A DNA stretch of 64,000 nt from a virus. Under the pieces are notes generated by a model, which worked only from the letters and a program-made list of their open reading frames with translations, had not been told where the DNA came from and made no database searches. Of the stretch, positions 51,012 through 61,005 are shown one piece after another. The stretch spans positions 12,407-76,406 of the IMG/VR virus record IMGVR_UViG_3300044811_000054; one strand, given 5' to 3'. The translations under genes were made by a program, and so were the position numbers. How positions within the stretch are numbered: the stretch's first letter is position 1; the number at the start of each line of letters is the position of its first letter.

Positions 51012-54000
51012 GCCTCGTAACGTTCGTCTACCTACGTGCCGGGCACGTCTTGTACACCGGATTCGACAACACGAGGCGAACCCCGCAGGACTACGCCGAC
51101 CGGCTCGCCGCCCGGACCAACCCTGCCTACGCCGACGAAGTGCACGTCTGGCTCGCCCGATCGGACGAGCCAGACAGTCGCCAGCCAGACGCGATCGCGC
51201 AGATTCCGGCATGAAGATCGAGCCCACCACCAACCTCGCCCAGTTCGCCGGTACTCGAGTCGTCATCAACGGCGTCCGGGCCGTCCAGATCTCCGCGATC
51301 CGGCATGGCGCCGAAGCCACTCACTGTGTCGACGAACTCCGCGACGGCGTGTGGGGCGACTGCTGGTACGAGCGGCACGGCGACGAACGCGGCGGCAACA
51401 GCTCGTTCTGGTGGCCCTACGGCACCGACCTGACTCTCACTCCCTGACCTTTCCCGAGGCCCGCCGCCACCTGAGCGTGCAGCGGCGGCCCAACCCACCA
51501 CACCTGAGGAGACTCAATTGCCCAGCCACGATGACGTTCTGGCCTTCATCAAGCGTCAGGACACCCCGATCCACTCGACCGACGTCGCCGCCGAGTTCGG
51601 CATCGACAACCTCGAGGCCATCGACCTGCTGCTCGAACTGCATAACTTGGAGCGCATCGAGCAGCATCACCGCAACGACGGCCGCGGGGCCATCCTGTGG
51701 GTGACCCGGTGAGCGCCGGCATGACCTTCGTCCTCTTCCGTCAGCCCGGCGCCGACACCCCCGCAGGGTGGGCGCACGCCGACAAGGTGAGCCTCGACTT
51801 CACCCACGCCCCGCTGGAGGCATGCGTCCGCCGCGCACGGCCACTGAATCTGCATACCTGGCGGGTACTGGTCAACAACACGATCATCGACTGCTCGGAG
51901 AAGCCGGCATGACCCGCAGCCTCGGCGGCCCTCGTGAGGGCAACTGCCGCGCCCGGTCCTTCACCGTCGTCTCCGACGAGCTGTTCGAGACCCGCGATCA
52001 GAAAGACCTCGGCGTCATGCCCTGGGACGAGCTGATCTCGATGGTCGAACAGGCCGGTGGCACCCGCCCCACCTTTGACCTGTTCGACCTGCCCGCGAAC
52101 CCGGACGGCACGTTCACCCGGATCAGGGCTGTGCACGAAGGGATGACCCCGTGAGCAGGTTTCAGGTAGGCGAACGGGTCCGGTTCACCGCCGACAGAAC
52201 AGACGGGCCCTCCGGTGTCGTCGAAGTCCTCGAGCTCGGCGATTGCGTCGAGGACGGCGAATGCGGCGGCAACGGTCACGACCGGGAGTTCCTGCGGATC
52301 AACAACGACTGGGTCGGCGGGGACGACTGGATGCACGCCTTCAACTTCGAGCGGGTGACGGCGTGAGCGCCTTCCACGTCGAGACCACCGACTTCACCGC
52401 CCTGCCCGCCGACATCATCCAGGCCGCGACCGGCGAGGACAGCGGCTACTTGCTGCCCGTTCGGGTCGTCCAGAACTTCGACCACTACCGGTACGAACGC
52501 TGCAACCTGTGCGGTCAGCTGATCACCGATCACGTGTGGTTCGCGGCCGACATCAGCGGCGACACGCGGGTGCTGCGGTGCTCCAACACGGAGGGGTCGT
52601 GAGCGCCCTCGACAAGATCCGCCGCCTGTTGGCCGACGCCGACACCCACCTCGACAAGGCCGCCCGAGAAACCGCGAACGGGATCCAGGAGGTCGCCGAC
52701 CAGCACCGCCACGACGCCGTGCTGCTGTGGGAGTTGGCCGACTGGACCGCCTCCAAGGACAAGCCGGCGGTCGTGCACCCCGAGTACGGCGACGGTGTGG
52801 TGTTAGGTGTCGACGTCGAGACGGGGCTGCTGAAGGCCACGTTCGATCGGCGGCCGTTCCTCGAGGACGTGGCGGTCGACGACGTGAGCGAGGCCGAGGA
52901 GTGAACGCCTTCAAGTACCCGGTCGTGCAGGTCCATCCCACCCACACCCTGGTCGTGGCCGAACATGTCACCCTCGGCGATGCCCGCGCAGACGCTGCCC
53001 GGTTGGACTTCGAATCCGAGGACCCGGGCGTGTGGCACCACGCGTGTGAACCTGACGACGACACAGATCACCGACGAGCAAACTGAACGACAACCCGCGA
53101 AGGAGAACCATGGGACGTGAGATCAAGAGGGTGCCGGCCGACTTCGACTGGCCGCTCTACAAAGTTTGGCAGGGCTACCTCATGCCGGACGAGCTGGACG
53201 AAGAACAGTGCCCCGACTGTGACGGCTCCGGCTATTCCGACCACGCCCGGATGCTGCAAGATCTCTGGTACGGGCACCTCCCTTTCGACCCAGCCACCAC
53301 CGGCTCAACGCCGTACACCGTCGACACGCCGGCCATCCGAGCGCGCGCCGAACGCAACATCGCCCACTCGCCCGGCTTCTACGGCACCGGCGAAGCGTCG
53401 GTCGTCCGCGAGGCGGCCCGGCTGGCCGACCTGTTTAACGGACAGTGGGGACATCACCTCAACAAGGACGACGTGGACGCGCTGATCGCTGGCGACCGAC
53501 TATGGGACTTCACCCGCACCTGGACCAAGGGCGACGGGTGGGAGACGATCGAGCCAAGTCCAGCCGTCACCGCGGAGCAGGTCAACCTCTGGTCGCTGGA
53601 CGGCATGGGTCACGACAGCATCAACTGCCATATCGCGATTCGTGCCCGCTGCGAGCGTGAGGGCATGCCGGAGGTGTGCGGGGCGTGCGCTGGGCACGGC
53701 TCATACGAGAAGTACGACGGGCAGCGCGGCGAGGCTGAGGGGTGGGAACGCACCGAACCGCCCACCGGCGACGGCTGGCAGGAGTGGGAGACAACCTCGG
53801 AGGGTTCGCCGATCAGCCCTGTGTTTGCAACCGCCGAGGAGCTCGCCGTGTGGATGAGCGGTCCGGACCGCAGTGACCGGTACGCCAAAGACTGGATGCC
53901 GTATCCGGCGGCGCTGCAGTTCGTCCAGGCCGGCTGGGCGCCAACATTTGTCGGCTCGGCGAGCACCGGAGTTGTGCAGGGCGCCGAGTGGGTCGGCATG

Positions 54001-54797
54001 AGGGATGAAACGGAGGTGGTCGAGTGACCACCATCAAGGCCGCCGACCTGCCCTCGGGCAGCGTCCACGCTGACGGCGTGAAAAGCCCACACCCGCAGGC
54101 ATTCCGTGTGCTCTACGACGCGTTTCGGGCGCTGGAATGCACGGTGGCGCTCGACCCGGCAGACCGGGACGACTGCGCGAGTGTCGCCGACGAGGCCGTT
54201 CGTGACCGTGCCTAAGTTGCAGCGCACGCCCGGCCGGCACGTCACCCGACGTCTCGAAGAGCCCACCGGCAAGTTGATGGGGTCGCTCACCCGCAACGAG
54301 CCGGGTACCGCCGCCCAGGCGCTTGCTGACGCCCACAACGAGGCGGTGCAGGTGTACGGCTCCAACAGTGGCGGCTGGCACGCCTACGATCCGCAGAGCG
54401 CCAGCACGGCAGGCGTGTACGGCGGTGCCCCATTCCCGGACGGGACGGTGGTGTCCGCGCTGGCGTGGGGCCGCATCGACGAGCAGATCGCGCAGCGGCT
54501 ACTCGAATTGGACGGTGCGATGTGACCACCATCGACGAGCCCGAGAACGGTTCCTACGTGGCCGTGAGGCTGCCGCACACCGTGTGGATGTTCCGCCGGG
54601 ACGACCAGTACGCAATCGCCGAGGAGGTCCCCGACCGGCGCTGGATCATGGTGACGTTGGTGAGGAGCGACTTCGAGGACGGCTCAGACCGGACGTGGCG
54701 GGAGCTGACCGAGATGGGAGCGATCGCGTACGTCGGCAGGTTCGTAGACCGCAGCCTGGCCCCGCAGCCGAAGGGGGAGCCGTGGGCCAGCCTCTGA
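51008..54797 (+). other. Rightward operon of small hypothetical genes, including winged-HTH 51518..51712
   Basis: Coupled ORFs with ATGA/GTGA overlaps. Confidence 0.75.
53110..54027 (+). CDS. Phage protein with DnaJ-type CxxCxGxG motifs
   Basis: CPDCDGSG, CGACAGHG, WETTSEGSPISPVF. Confidence 0.75.
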   Translation: MGREIKRVPADFDWPLYKVWQGYLMPDELDEEQCPDCDGSGYSDHARMLQDLWYGHLPFDPATTGSTPYTVDTPAIRARAERNIAHSPGFYGTGEASVVREAARLADLFNGQWGHHLNKDDVDALIAGDRLWDFTRTWTKGDGWETIEPSPAVTAEQVNLWSLDGMGHDSINCHIAIRARCEREGMPEVCGACAGHGSYEKYDGQRGEAEGWERTEPPTGDGWQEWETTSEGSPISPVFATAEELAVWMSGPDRSDRYAKDWMPYPAALQFVQAGWAPTFVGSASTGVVQGAEWVGMRDETEVVE

Positions 54798-54844
54798 CGG
54801 CACTACAATCGCCGCCTGAGCAGGCACGCGAACTGGGGGCGCAC

Positions 54845-55357
54845 GTGGAAACGAAGCAAGTGCTGGACGTAGTGGAGTGGCTGTTCAACGCGGCCGGACA
54901 TCCCGACATTGTCGAGGTCGAACGGTACGGCCGGGACCTCAAACCCGGCGGGCAGTCACCGGCCGGCGTCCGCATCACCTACGGGTCGGGCGCCCAGACG
55001 TACCTGTTCGCGGCGGCGCCGAGCGAACCCGCACCCCAACCGCACCCGCTGCCCGAGCAGATGCCGCCGCTGAAACTCCGGGCACTGCACAGCCTCAAGT
55101 TCCTGATCGAGCTGCTGGACGTGGCTAGGCCGGACGGGTTCACAGCCTGGCGGACCGTGTCGTTCGCCGGTGTCTGGATGAAGCCGGCGGCGCTGGAGAT
55201 CCGCTGTACTGACGGCACCAGCGCGTACCTGAGGGTGACGTGCACATCCGGTCCAGTGGGTGACCCGGAGACTCCGCCGTTCCCCGACTATGTGATCCCG
55301 GAGGCGGTGAAAACATGCCTCCGAGAAGCAAATGCAGCGAGTGCGGCGCCAGAGTAG
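54845..55357 (+). CDS. Hypothetical protein
   Basis: GC3-rich ORF from GTG 54845. Confidence 0.6.
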   Translation: METKQVLDVVEWLFNAAGHPDIVEVERYGRDLKPGGQSPAGVRITYGSGAQTYLFAAAPSEPAPQPHPLPEQMPPLKLRALHSLKFLIELLDVARPDGFTAWRTVSFAGVWMKPAALEIRCTDGTSAYLRVTCTSGPVGDPETPPFPDYVIPEAVKTCLREANAASAAPE

Positions 55358-55452
55358 GAGTCGGACCGGGTGAACCCTGCCCGTCGCATCAGGCGGAAGG
55401 CGACAGGGCCGAATGCTCGGGATCGGGTAAGCCGACGGAAGCCTTGAGCTGA
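55315..55452 (+). CDS. 45-aa zinc-ribbon microprotein
   Basis: MPPRSKCSECG...H...CSGSGKP; GGAGG upstream; below ORF-track cutoff. Confidence 0.5.
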   Translation: MPPRSKCSECGARVGVGPGEPCPSHQAEGDRAECSGSGKPTEALS

Positions 55453-55462
55453 GGCGCAACAG

Positions 55463-55498
55463 AAAGAGGGCTGCACCTATCGGGTGTGGCCCCCTTTT
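55463..55498. terminator. Intrinsic terminator
   Basis: AAAGAGGGCTGCACC/GGTGTGGCCCCCTTTT. Confidence 0.65.
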
Positions 55499-55546
55499 GC
55501 GCTATACGCTGTACAGGCTGCCATTCGATAGCGCACACTCAAATCC

Positions 55547-55741
55547 ATGAGTACCGAGGTCTCAGAGGCTATTGCCTCAATGCTCGCCGAGCGCGCCGTG
55601 TCGCGGACCAGCGCATTCGAGCAGCGCACCAGTGCCCTCGCCGAGATCAGGAAGACGTTCAAGCGGCGCCGGGACGCAGGCCTGAAGAGCAGGCACGCCG
55701 AGAAGTCGGCCCGCAACCGGGCGGCTGGGACAGTCGTTTAG
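55547..55741 (+). CDS. Small basic protein, probably leaderless
   Basis: CACACT 7 nt before ATG; flanked by terminators. Confidence 0.5.
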   Translation: MSTEVSEAIASMLAERAVSRTSAFEQRTSALAEIRKTFKRRRDAGLKSRHAEKSARNRAAGTVV

Positions 55742-55754
55742 GGTGGTCTGCGAT

Positions 55755-55796
55755 CAGGAAAGCGCCTCCGAGGTTACGACCGGAGGCGCTTTCCTG
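55755..55796. terminator. Intrinsic terminator
   Basis: Perfect 16-bp stem CAGGAAAGCGCCTCCG/CGGAGGCGCTTTCCTG. Confidence 0.8.
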
Positions 55797-56042
55797 TGTT
55801 TGAAGGCCCGAGCCAGCGGGGCCGTCCAGACGCGGGCTAGGACTACCAGGAGTCGCACGGATGGCTAACTTTGCCGTAGCTAGCCGATAGTTAGCCATCG
55901 TGGCTACGTGGCTTGTCCGGCGGGATGCCAGATGAGCCAGAGGATCAGCCCAGCGAGCAGGCCGACCTCGACGGCGATCCCGGACCAGAACCAGCGGGCC
56001 GGTCGATCCGGGCGGGACATCGGTCAACAATGACAGGCGCTT

Positions 56043-59000
56043 TCACGCCGCCCCGTCCCCGCTCTCGCCGGAACGCTCCTCAGGCTCGCTACCGACCTCG
56101 ACCAGCTGGGCCATGTCCACGCCCGCCTCCTCGAGGATCCGCTCCACCGCGGCGATGGACAGCCAGTCGATGACGTCGTCGCCGTGCACGATCCGGTACC
56201 AGCGGGTCCGGCCGCGGCGGACGATCTCGACACGCCACTGCCCGTCGGGTGTCTGGAGTGTGCCCTCGACCGTCTCCATTCGGGCGACGGTACCCGCGGA
56301 TCTCGGGGGCATCCGTGCTGGTCAAGGAACTACACGGCTGTTCTTTGGCGGGCACTAGAAAGCCCCGCGCACCGGAGTGGCGGGGCCGTTGGTCGAAGGA
56401 TCATTGCTCGTCGGTGCCACTTTCGGGCGTGCGCCGCTGGACGGCTTCAGCGAGGTCCAGCAGTCGGCGGGCGTCCTCCTCGGCACGCTTCCGTCGCCTC
56501 TTCTCACCGGGCAGCGGGAACGGGCCCATGCCGACGACCTTGACCGGGGTCTCGTCACTCACTGCCCACTCCCGTCGCCGACCCGCAGCACCCGAGCGCC
56601 GTCATCTAACAACTCCTGCACCGCAATGTCGGAGATCCAGTCGACCTGAGGTCCCCACCACGGCCACTCGTCGGTGCCGTCCGGGCGCTTCCACAGGTCA
56701 CCGACGTACGAGGCGTAGACGTGGGTCTTCAGCGGCAGGTCCGCCGCCCGAGGGGCGGTCACGGCGTCGCCTTCAACCACGAGAGCTTCACCGGCCGCGT
56801 GAAGGTGTCCAGCTCCACCACGGGCCAGCCGTCGCCGTCGACATAGGCGAGGCCCGTCGTTGGAACATCCGGCTCCTCCGGGCAGTCCGGCAGCGACACC
56901 GACCGACCGACCGGATTTACCTCGTTCCACGCGGCGGCGAGCTCTTCGGCATCGCGGCGTTCCGCATGACAGGGGCACCCGCACTCGCCCGAGTTGCTGC
57001 GGTCCGAGCACTCGTCGTGGTAGTTGATGGAGCACTGCCGGTTGCGGGAATGGTCGTACGGCCGACGGTTCGTACCGTCCGCGCCGGTCAGGCGATCGGT
57101 GTACTGCTCGGCGGTCTCACCATCGAGGGCTGGGGCGGACTTCGGGTACCAGCGGCCCTTGACGATCTCAGCGGCGGTCACTGCACTCCCTCGTCCTCGC
57201 GGACCCGGTCTGCGACGGCGGTCACCGCGACGATCCAGGCGGCCTGGATGCGCTGGGGCGTGCCCTCGAACTGCGGCAGGCTGTCCCCGTTGAACGCCTT
57301 GCCACCCACGGCCGTGCAGTAGGCGTCATAGGCGAGTTTGGCCAGGTCTTCGGTGTCGGTCATCGTTTCTCCTTGCGCTCGGGTGCCGGTTTGCAGCCGT
57401 GCTCGGCGATCGGATCGAGGTCGGCGGTTTCGACGAGGTCCCCGCAATCCCAGCAGCAGGCCAGGAACAGGCCGTTGGGCATGACGCGGTACTCGCCGCG
57501 GTTGAGTAGCGCCAGGACGGGCTGGGGGCGGTAGCGGGTCACCGGCCGGACTCCTGCTCGGCGCGGGCTTGCATCGCGGCCTGGTCATGGTGCATGCGCT
57601 GACGTTGTGTGCAGCCATGGACCGGCAGTGACGCCAAGGTCTTCGGCCAGACCCGCGCTCCGCAGTCGCCGCACACCACGGAGCCAGTTGCGAGGAAGTC
57701 GGCCTCGGCATCGTAGGTATCGCTCATCGTCATTCCTCATCCGTGGTGCCGTCGCCGACCGAGACAACGGTGGCGAAGTTCTCCCAGCCGCCACCGAGTC
57801 CTTCGTCGTACTGGACTTCGAAACGGGACCCCGCTGGCTGCTGACTCACCCAGAAGTAGGCGTGCTGCTGCGACGGGGAGGAGCGGCAGATGCTGACGTT
57901 GGTGCCGTTGAGGGCGACGGTGCGCCACTTCTTGCGGGCCATTCAGGGCCTCCACATCGTTACAGGGAAGGCGTTCGGATCGTCGCCAGCGTGGTTCCAC
58001 TCGATCCACCAGTCAGCCTCGCCGATCTCACGGCACCGACTGCAGTCAGGTTCGTGGGCCGAGTCGTCGCATTGGACGACGATTACGGCGTGCGTCTCGT
58101 GAATTGCGCCGACCAGATCATCGAGTTCAGCGCCGGGTCTGTCGATCAGGTTGGCGAGACCCCAGAAAGTGCGAGCGTGGCGGTTGAGTGCGGCTACGAC
58201 TCGAAGCGGCTCGTCGGAGTGATGACCCAAGATGATTACGTCGCCGTCCTCACCGATGTCGGAGAGTCGCAGGCCGTAGTAGGTCTCGAAGCCCTTGAGG
58301 TCGGGGGTGCTGGTCATCGGTCAGTCCTCCACAGTGATCGTCGTCGAAATCTCGTCGCGGCTATAGGCGACAGAGCCACCACTTGCGAAGGTGATCCACA
58401 CTTGGCCGAAGTAGCCGATGCCAGCATCGGTGACCAGGCCGGAGTGGTCCGCGCCGCCGAAGCTGGTCGTGACCTTCTTGTCGATCAGGGCGGCGAGTTC
58501 AACGGTGGACTAGGTGCGGGTCTCGGTCGGCTCGTAGGTGGTCACGTCAGACCTCCCGGCAGAGGAAGCCGTACTTGGCCAGGAAATCCCGACCAGCCTC
58601 AGTGAGGGTGGCGTCGTGGTCGAGGTAGCCGTTCCAGCCGGCGAATCCCACCACCCCGGCGTCGAAGTCTGTTCGGTCTTCGGGCCAGCCTGCGTCGGCC
58701 AGGCGTAGCACCCTGACAACGTCGACGAGGTCGACCGCTCCGTTGGCGTCGGTCATGGCTAGACCGCCTCTCGCATCGGCATGATGCGCATGTCGGTCAT
58801 CTCGCGGTACTTCCAGATCGAGCGTCCATGGCGGCAGTCGGAGACGCCTTCCGGACAGTCCGTGCAAGAGACCATCTCCCCGGCCCCCTGCTGCTGCCAG
58901 GCGACGTAAACCTGCAGGGCGATGCCCCTGGAAACGTTGTCGATCCAAATCTGCCTGCAACCGTCGTTCACCTTGAACTCGACGCGCCAGGCCTCATCGC

Positions 59001-60420
59001 CTGGCGTCATCAAGCCCATGTCGATGCGCATCGGTTCCATGGTCAGTTCTCCTCATCCAGGTTGAATTCGTCCACGACCTCGTCGGCCAGATAGCCGGCA
59101 CCCATCGTCTTGTCCGGGTTGATCCGCTCCACGAACCTGACGACCTCCATCTGGTCCAGGGCGAAACCGCCGAGGAACGCTTCGATCTCGACGCCCAGCT
59201 GGTTCGCGGGCAGCTTGTTGTCGCCGTCGACCTTGCGAATGAAATGGCTGAGCTCGATGCGGATGTCCATGGTTACGCCGCCAGCACGGTCGTGGCGGTC
59301 AGGGCGACCAGCCGGGCGCGAGCCGTGGCCAGTTCCTGCTCGAGCTCTACCCGGAACCCCGCCTTCTGCGGATCGGCCAGCAGCCCTTCGAGGCGGGTCA
59401 CCTCGCGGGACTCAGGCGTGGGTACGAAGTCGGGGCGTCGGCGGGGACGGGTTTGGTTCAGGTTGGTGATCGTCATGGCGGAGCTCCTTCGGGAAGGCGG
59501 GGGAGTGGGGTCAGCGAGGGAAGTCGGACAGCGGAGCACCGTGTTGCACAACGTGCAGCGCGGCGAGGACATCGTCTGTGAGCTCCCCAGCCTCGCTGCC
59601 GTAGCGGCCCGTGGACTGCAGCAGGTCAGCGACTTGGCTGGCGTGAATGGGTTCGATACGGCTCTTCGCTGCGTCGACAAGGGCATTGGCTGTCGCTTCG
59701 TCGATCACGGTGGCTCCTCAGTTCGCAGTGGCTTTGAGCATTGCGTCGTACAGGTTCGCCTCGGAGGCGACGACTGTGCCGTCGTCCAGCAGCACGTCCA
59801 GGGCCGACCTGAGCTCTGCTGAGACGGCGGCGACCCCGAAGTGGGAGGCGAGTGCCCAGATGGTGTCTGCGCCGCCCTGGACGGCTTCCAGGATGCTGCC
59901 GGGGGCGATGACGGGGGTGGGCATCAGGCGGGCTCACAGTCGAGGCAGTCGACCGCGGAGGACGTCGGGTGCAGGTGACAGACGACGAGGATCTCCAGCA
60001 GTTCCGGCGCGACACCGATTTCAGCGGCAGCTGCACCGCACAAGGCGGCGATGCCTTCGGGGCTTTGATAGTCGGCGCAGGCCGGGACCGGGTCGATGAC
60101 CCGGCCGTTGTAGCAGACCACCAACGGCATGTGCCCGGACGCGTCCTGCCGCCGGATGCTCTCACTGCTCATCGCTGCGGCTCCCGCAGTTCGGTCATCG
60201 GCACCGTGACTGTCGGTCACGGCAGTAGCCCCGCGATCTGGTCGTCGTCGTAGTACTCGGTGACACCGCATTGGCAGGACCAGCCGATGATCGGCTTGGG
60301 CTCGACCGGATCCGGGTGCTCGAAGATGTACTCCTTGACGTGCCGGTGGTCGTCGCCAGCGGGTCGACCGCCATCACGGACGGCCGGGTTGACGCTGTCT
60401 TCAGTGGTGTGCTCCGACAT
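56043..60420 (-). other. Run of about 18 small hypothetical genes
   Basis: Coupled ORFs (e.g. 56043..56279, 56759..57181, 57943..58317, 59043..59270, 59718..59924). Confidence 0.7.
58321..58545 (-). pseudogene. Small gene with in-frame TAG at 58512-58510
   Basis: GGGAGG RBS, GTG start, and coding-like sequence continuing in frame after the stop. Confidence 0.55.
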
Positions 60421-60457
60421 CTGAGGACTCCCTAGTCGCTCTTGCATGACACTCTCA

Positions 60458-60571
60458 ACGCTACAGTCGTGGTTGACGCGGGTCAACCGGCATAGCCTGA
60501 TCGTGGACGGTTTTCCCCGACCACCCAAACGCTTGACCTTGGTTGACCGCAGGCAACCCGCTCCGTAGCGT
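60458..60571. promoter_or_regulatory. Symmetric divergent promoters
   Basis: TTGACC-N17-TAGCGT on both strands; palindrome GGTTGAC-N4-GTCAACC at 60471-60488. Confidence 0.7.
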
Positions 60572-60577
60572 GGACTC

Positions 60578-60799
60578 GTGCCCAGCCCAACTCCGCGAGA
60601 CCGCCACATCCCCGACGTGATGACTCTGGTCGACGCAGCCGCAGTGTTGGGCGTGTCGCGGCAGGCGCTCCACAAGGCGGCATCGAAGGGGCAGATCCTG
60701 GGTGTACAGCTAGGGCAAGGCGTTTGGATCTTCCGGCGGGCAGTCATCGAACGTGAGGCCCAGAGCCGACTGAAGAAGGAAGCCCCGCCGACCGAATAG
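60578..60799 (+). CDS. HTH_17 DNA-binding protein, probably leaderless
   Basis: MTLVDAAAVLGVSRQALHK...G..W.F. Confidence 0.8.
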   Translation: MPSPTPRDRHIPDVMTLVDAAAVLGVSRQALHKAASKGQILGVQLGQGVWIFRRAVIEREAQSRLKKEAPPTE

Positions 60800-60818
60800 G
60801 CCGAGCGGGGCTTCCTTC
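60775..60818. terminator. Bidirectional terminator
   Basis: GAAGGAAGCCCCGC/GCGGGGCTTCCTTC between convergent genes. Confidence 0.7.
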
Positions 60819-61005
60819 ACTGCACCTGCTGTCTCGCCTCGCCGATCCGTTCGAGCAGCCGTTCCCGCGCCTGATGCACCAGCCAGCGTTTCGGCTCCGA
60901 CCAGTCCGGGTCGTCCACCTCCCGGCGTACGCACACATCGAGGTCGTCGAGTTACTGCGGGTCGGCCTCGGCGAAATGCCGGATGAGGGCGGCAACGGAG
61001 CTCAC
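60817..61005 (-). pseudogene. Small gene with in-frame TAA at 60954-60952
   Basis: GTGA-coupled start; frame continues coding-like to TGA 60817. Confidence 0.45.

Noticed and set aside
55375-55449. Tandem-hairpin structured RNA with repeated CGGAAG
   Set aside because: Better explained by a 45-aa zinc-ribbon ORF (55315..55452) with an RBS
58510-60954. Alternative genetic code
   Set aside because: Only two isolated internal stops of different types; TAG and TAA end many normal genes
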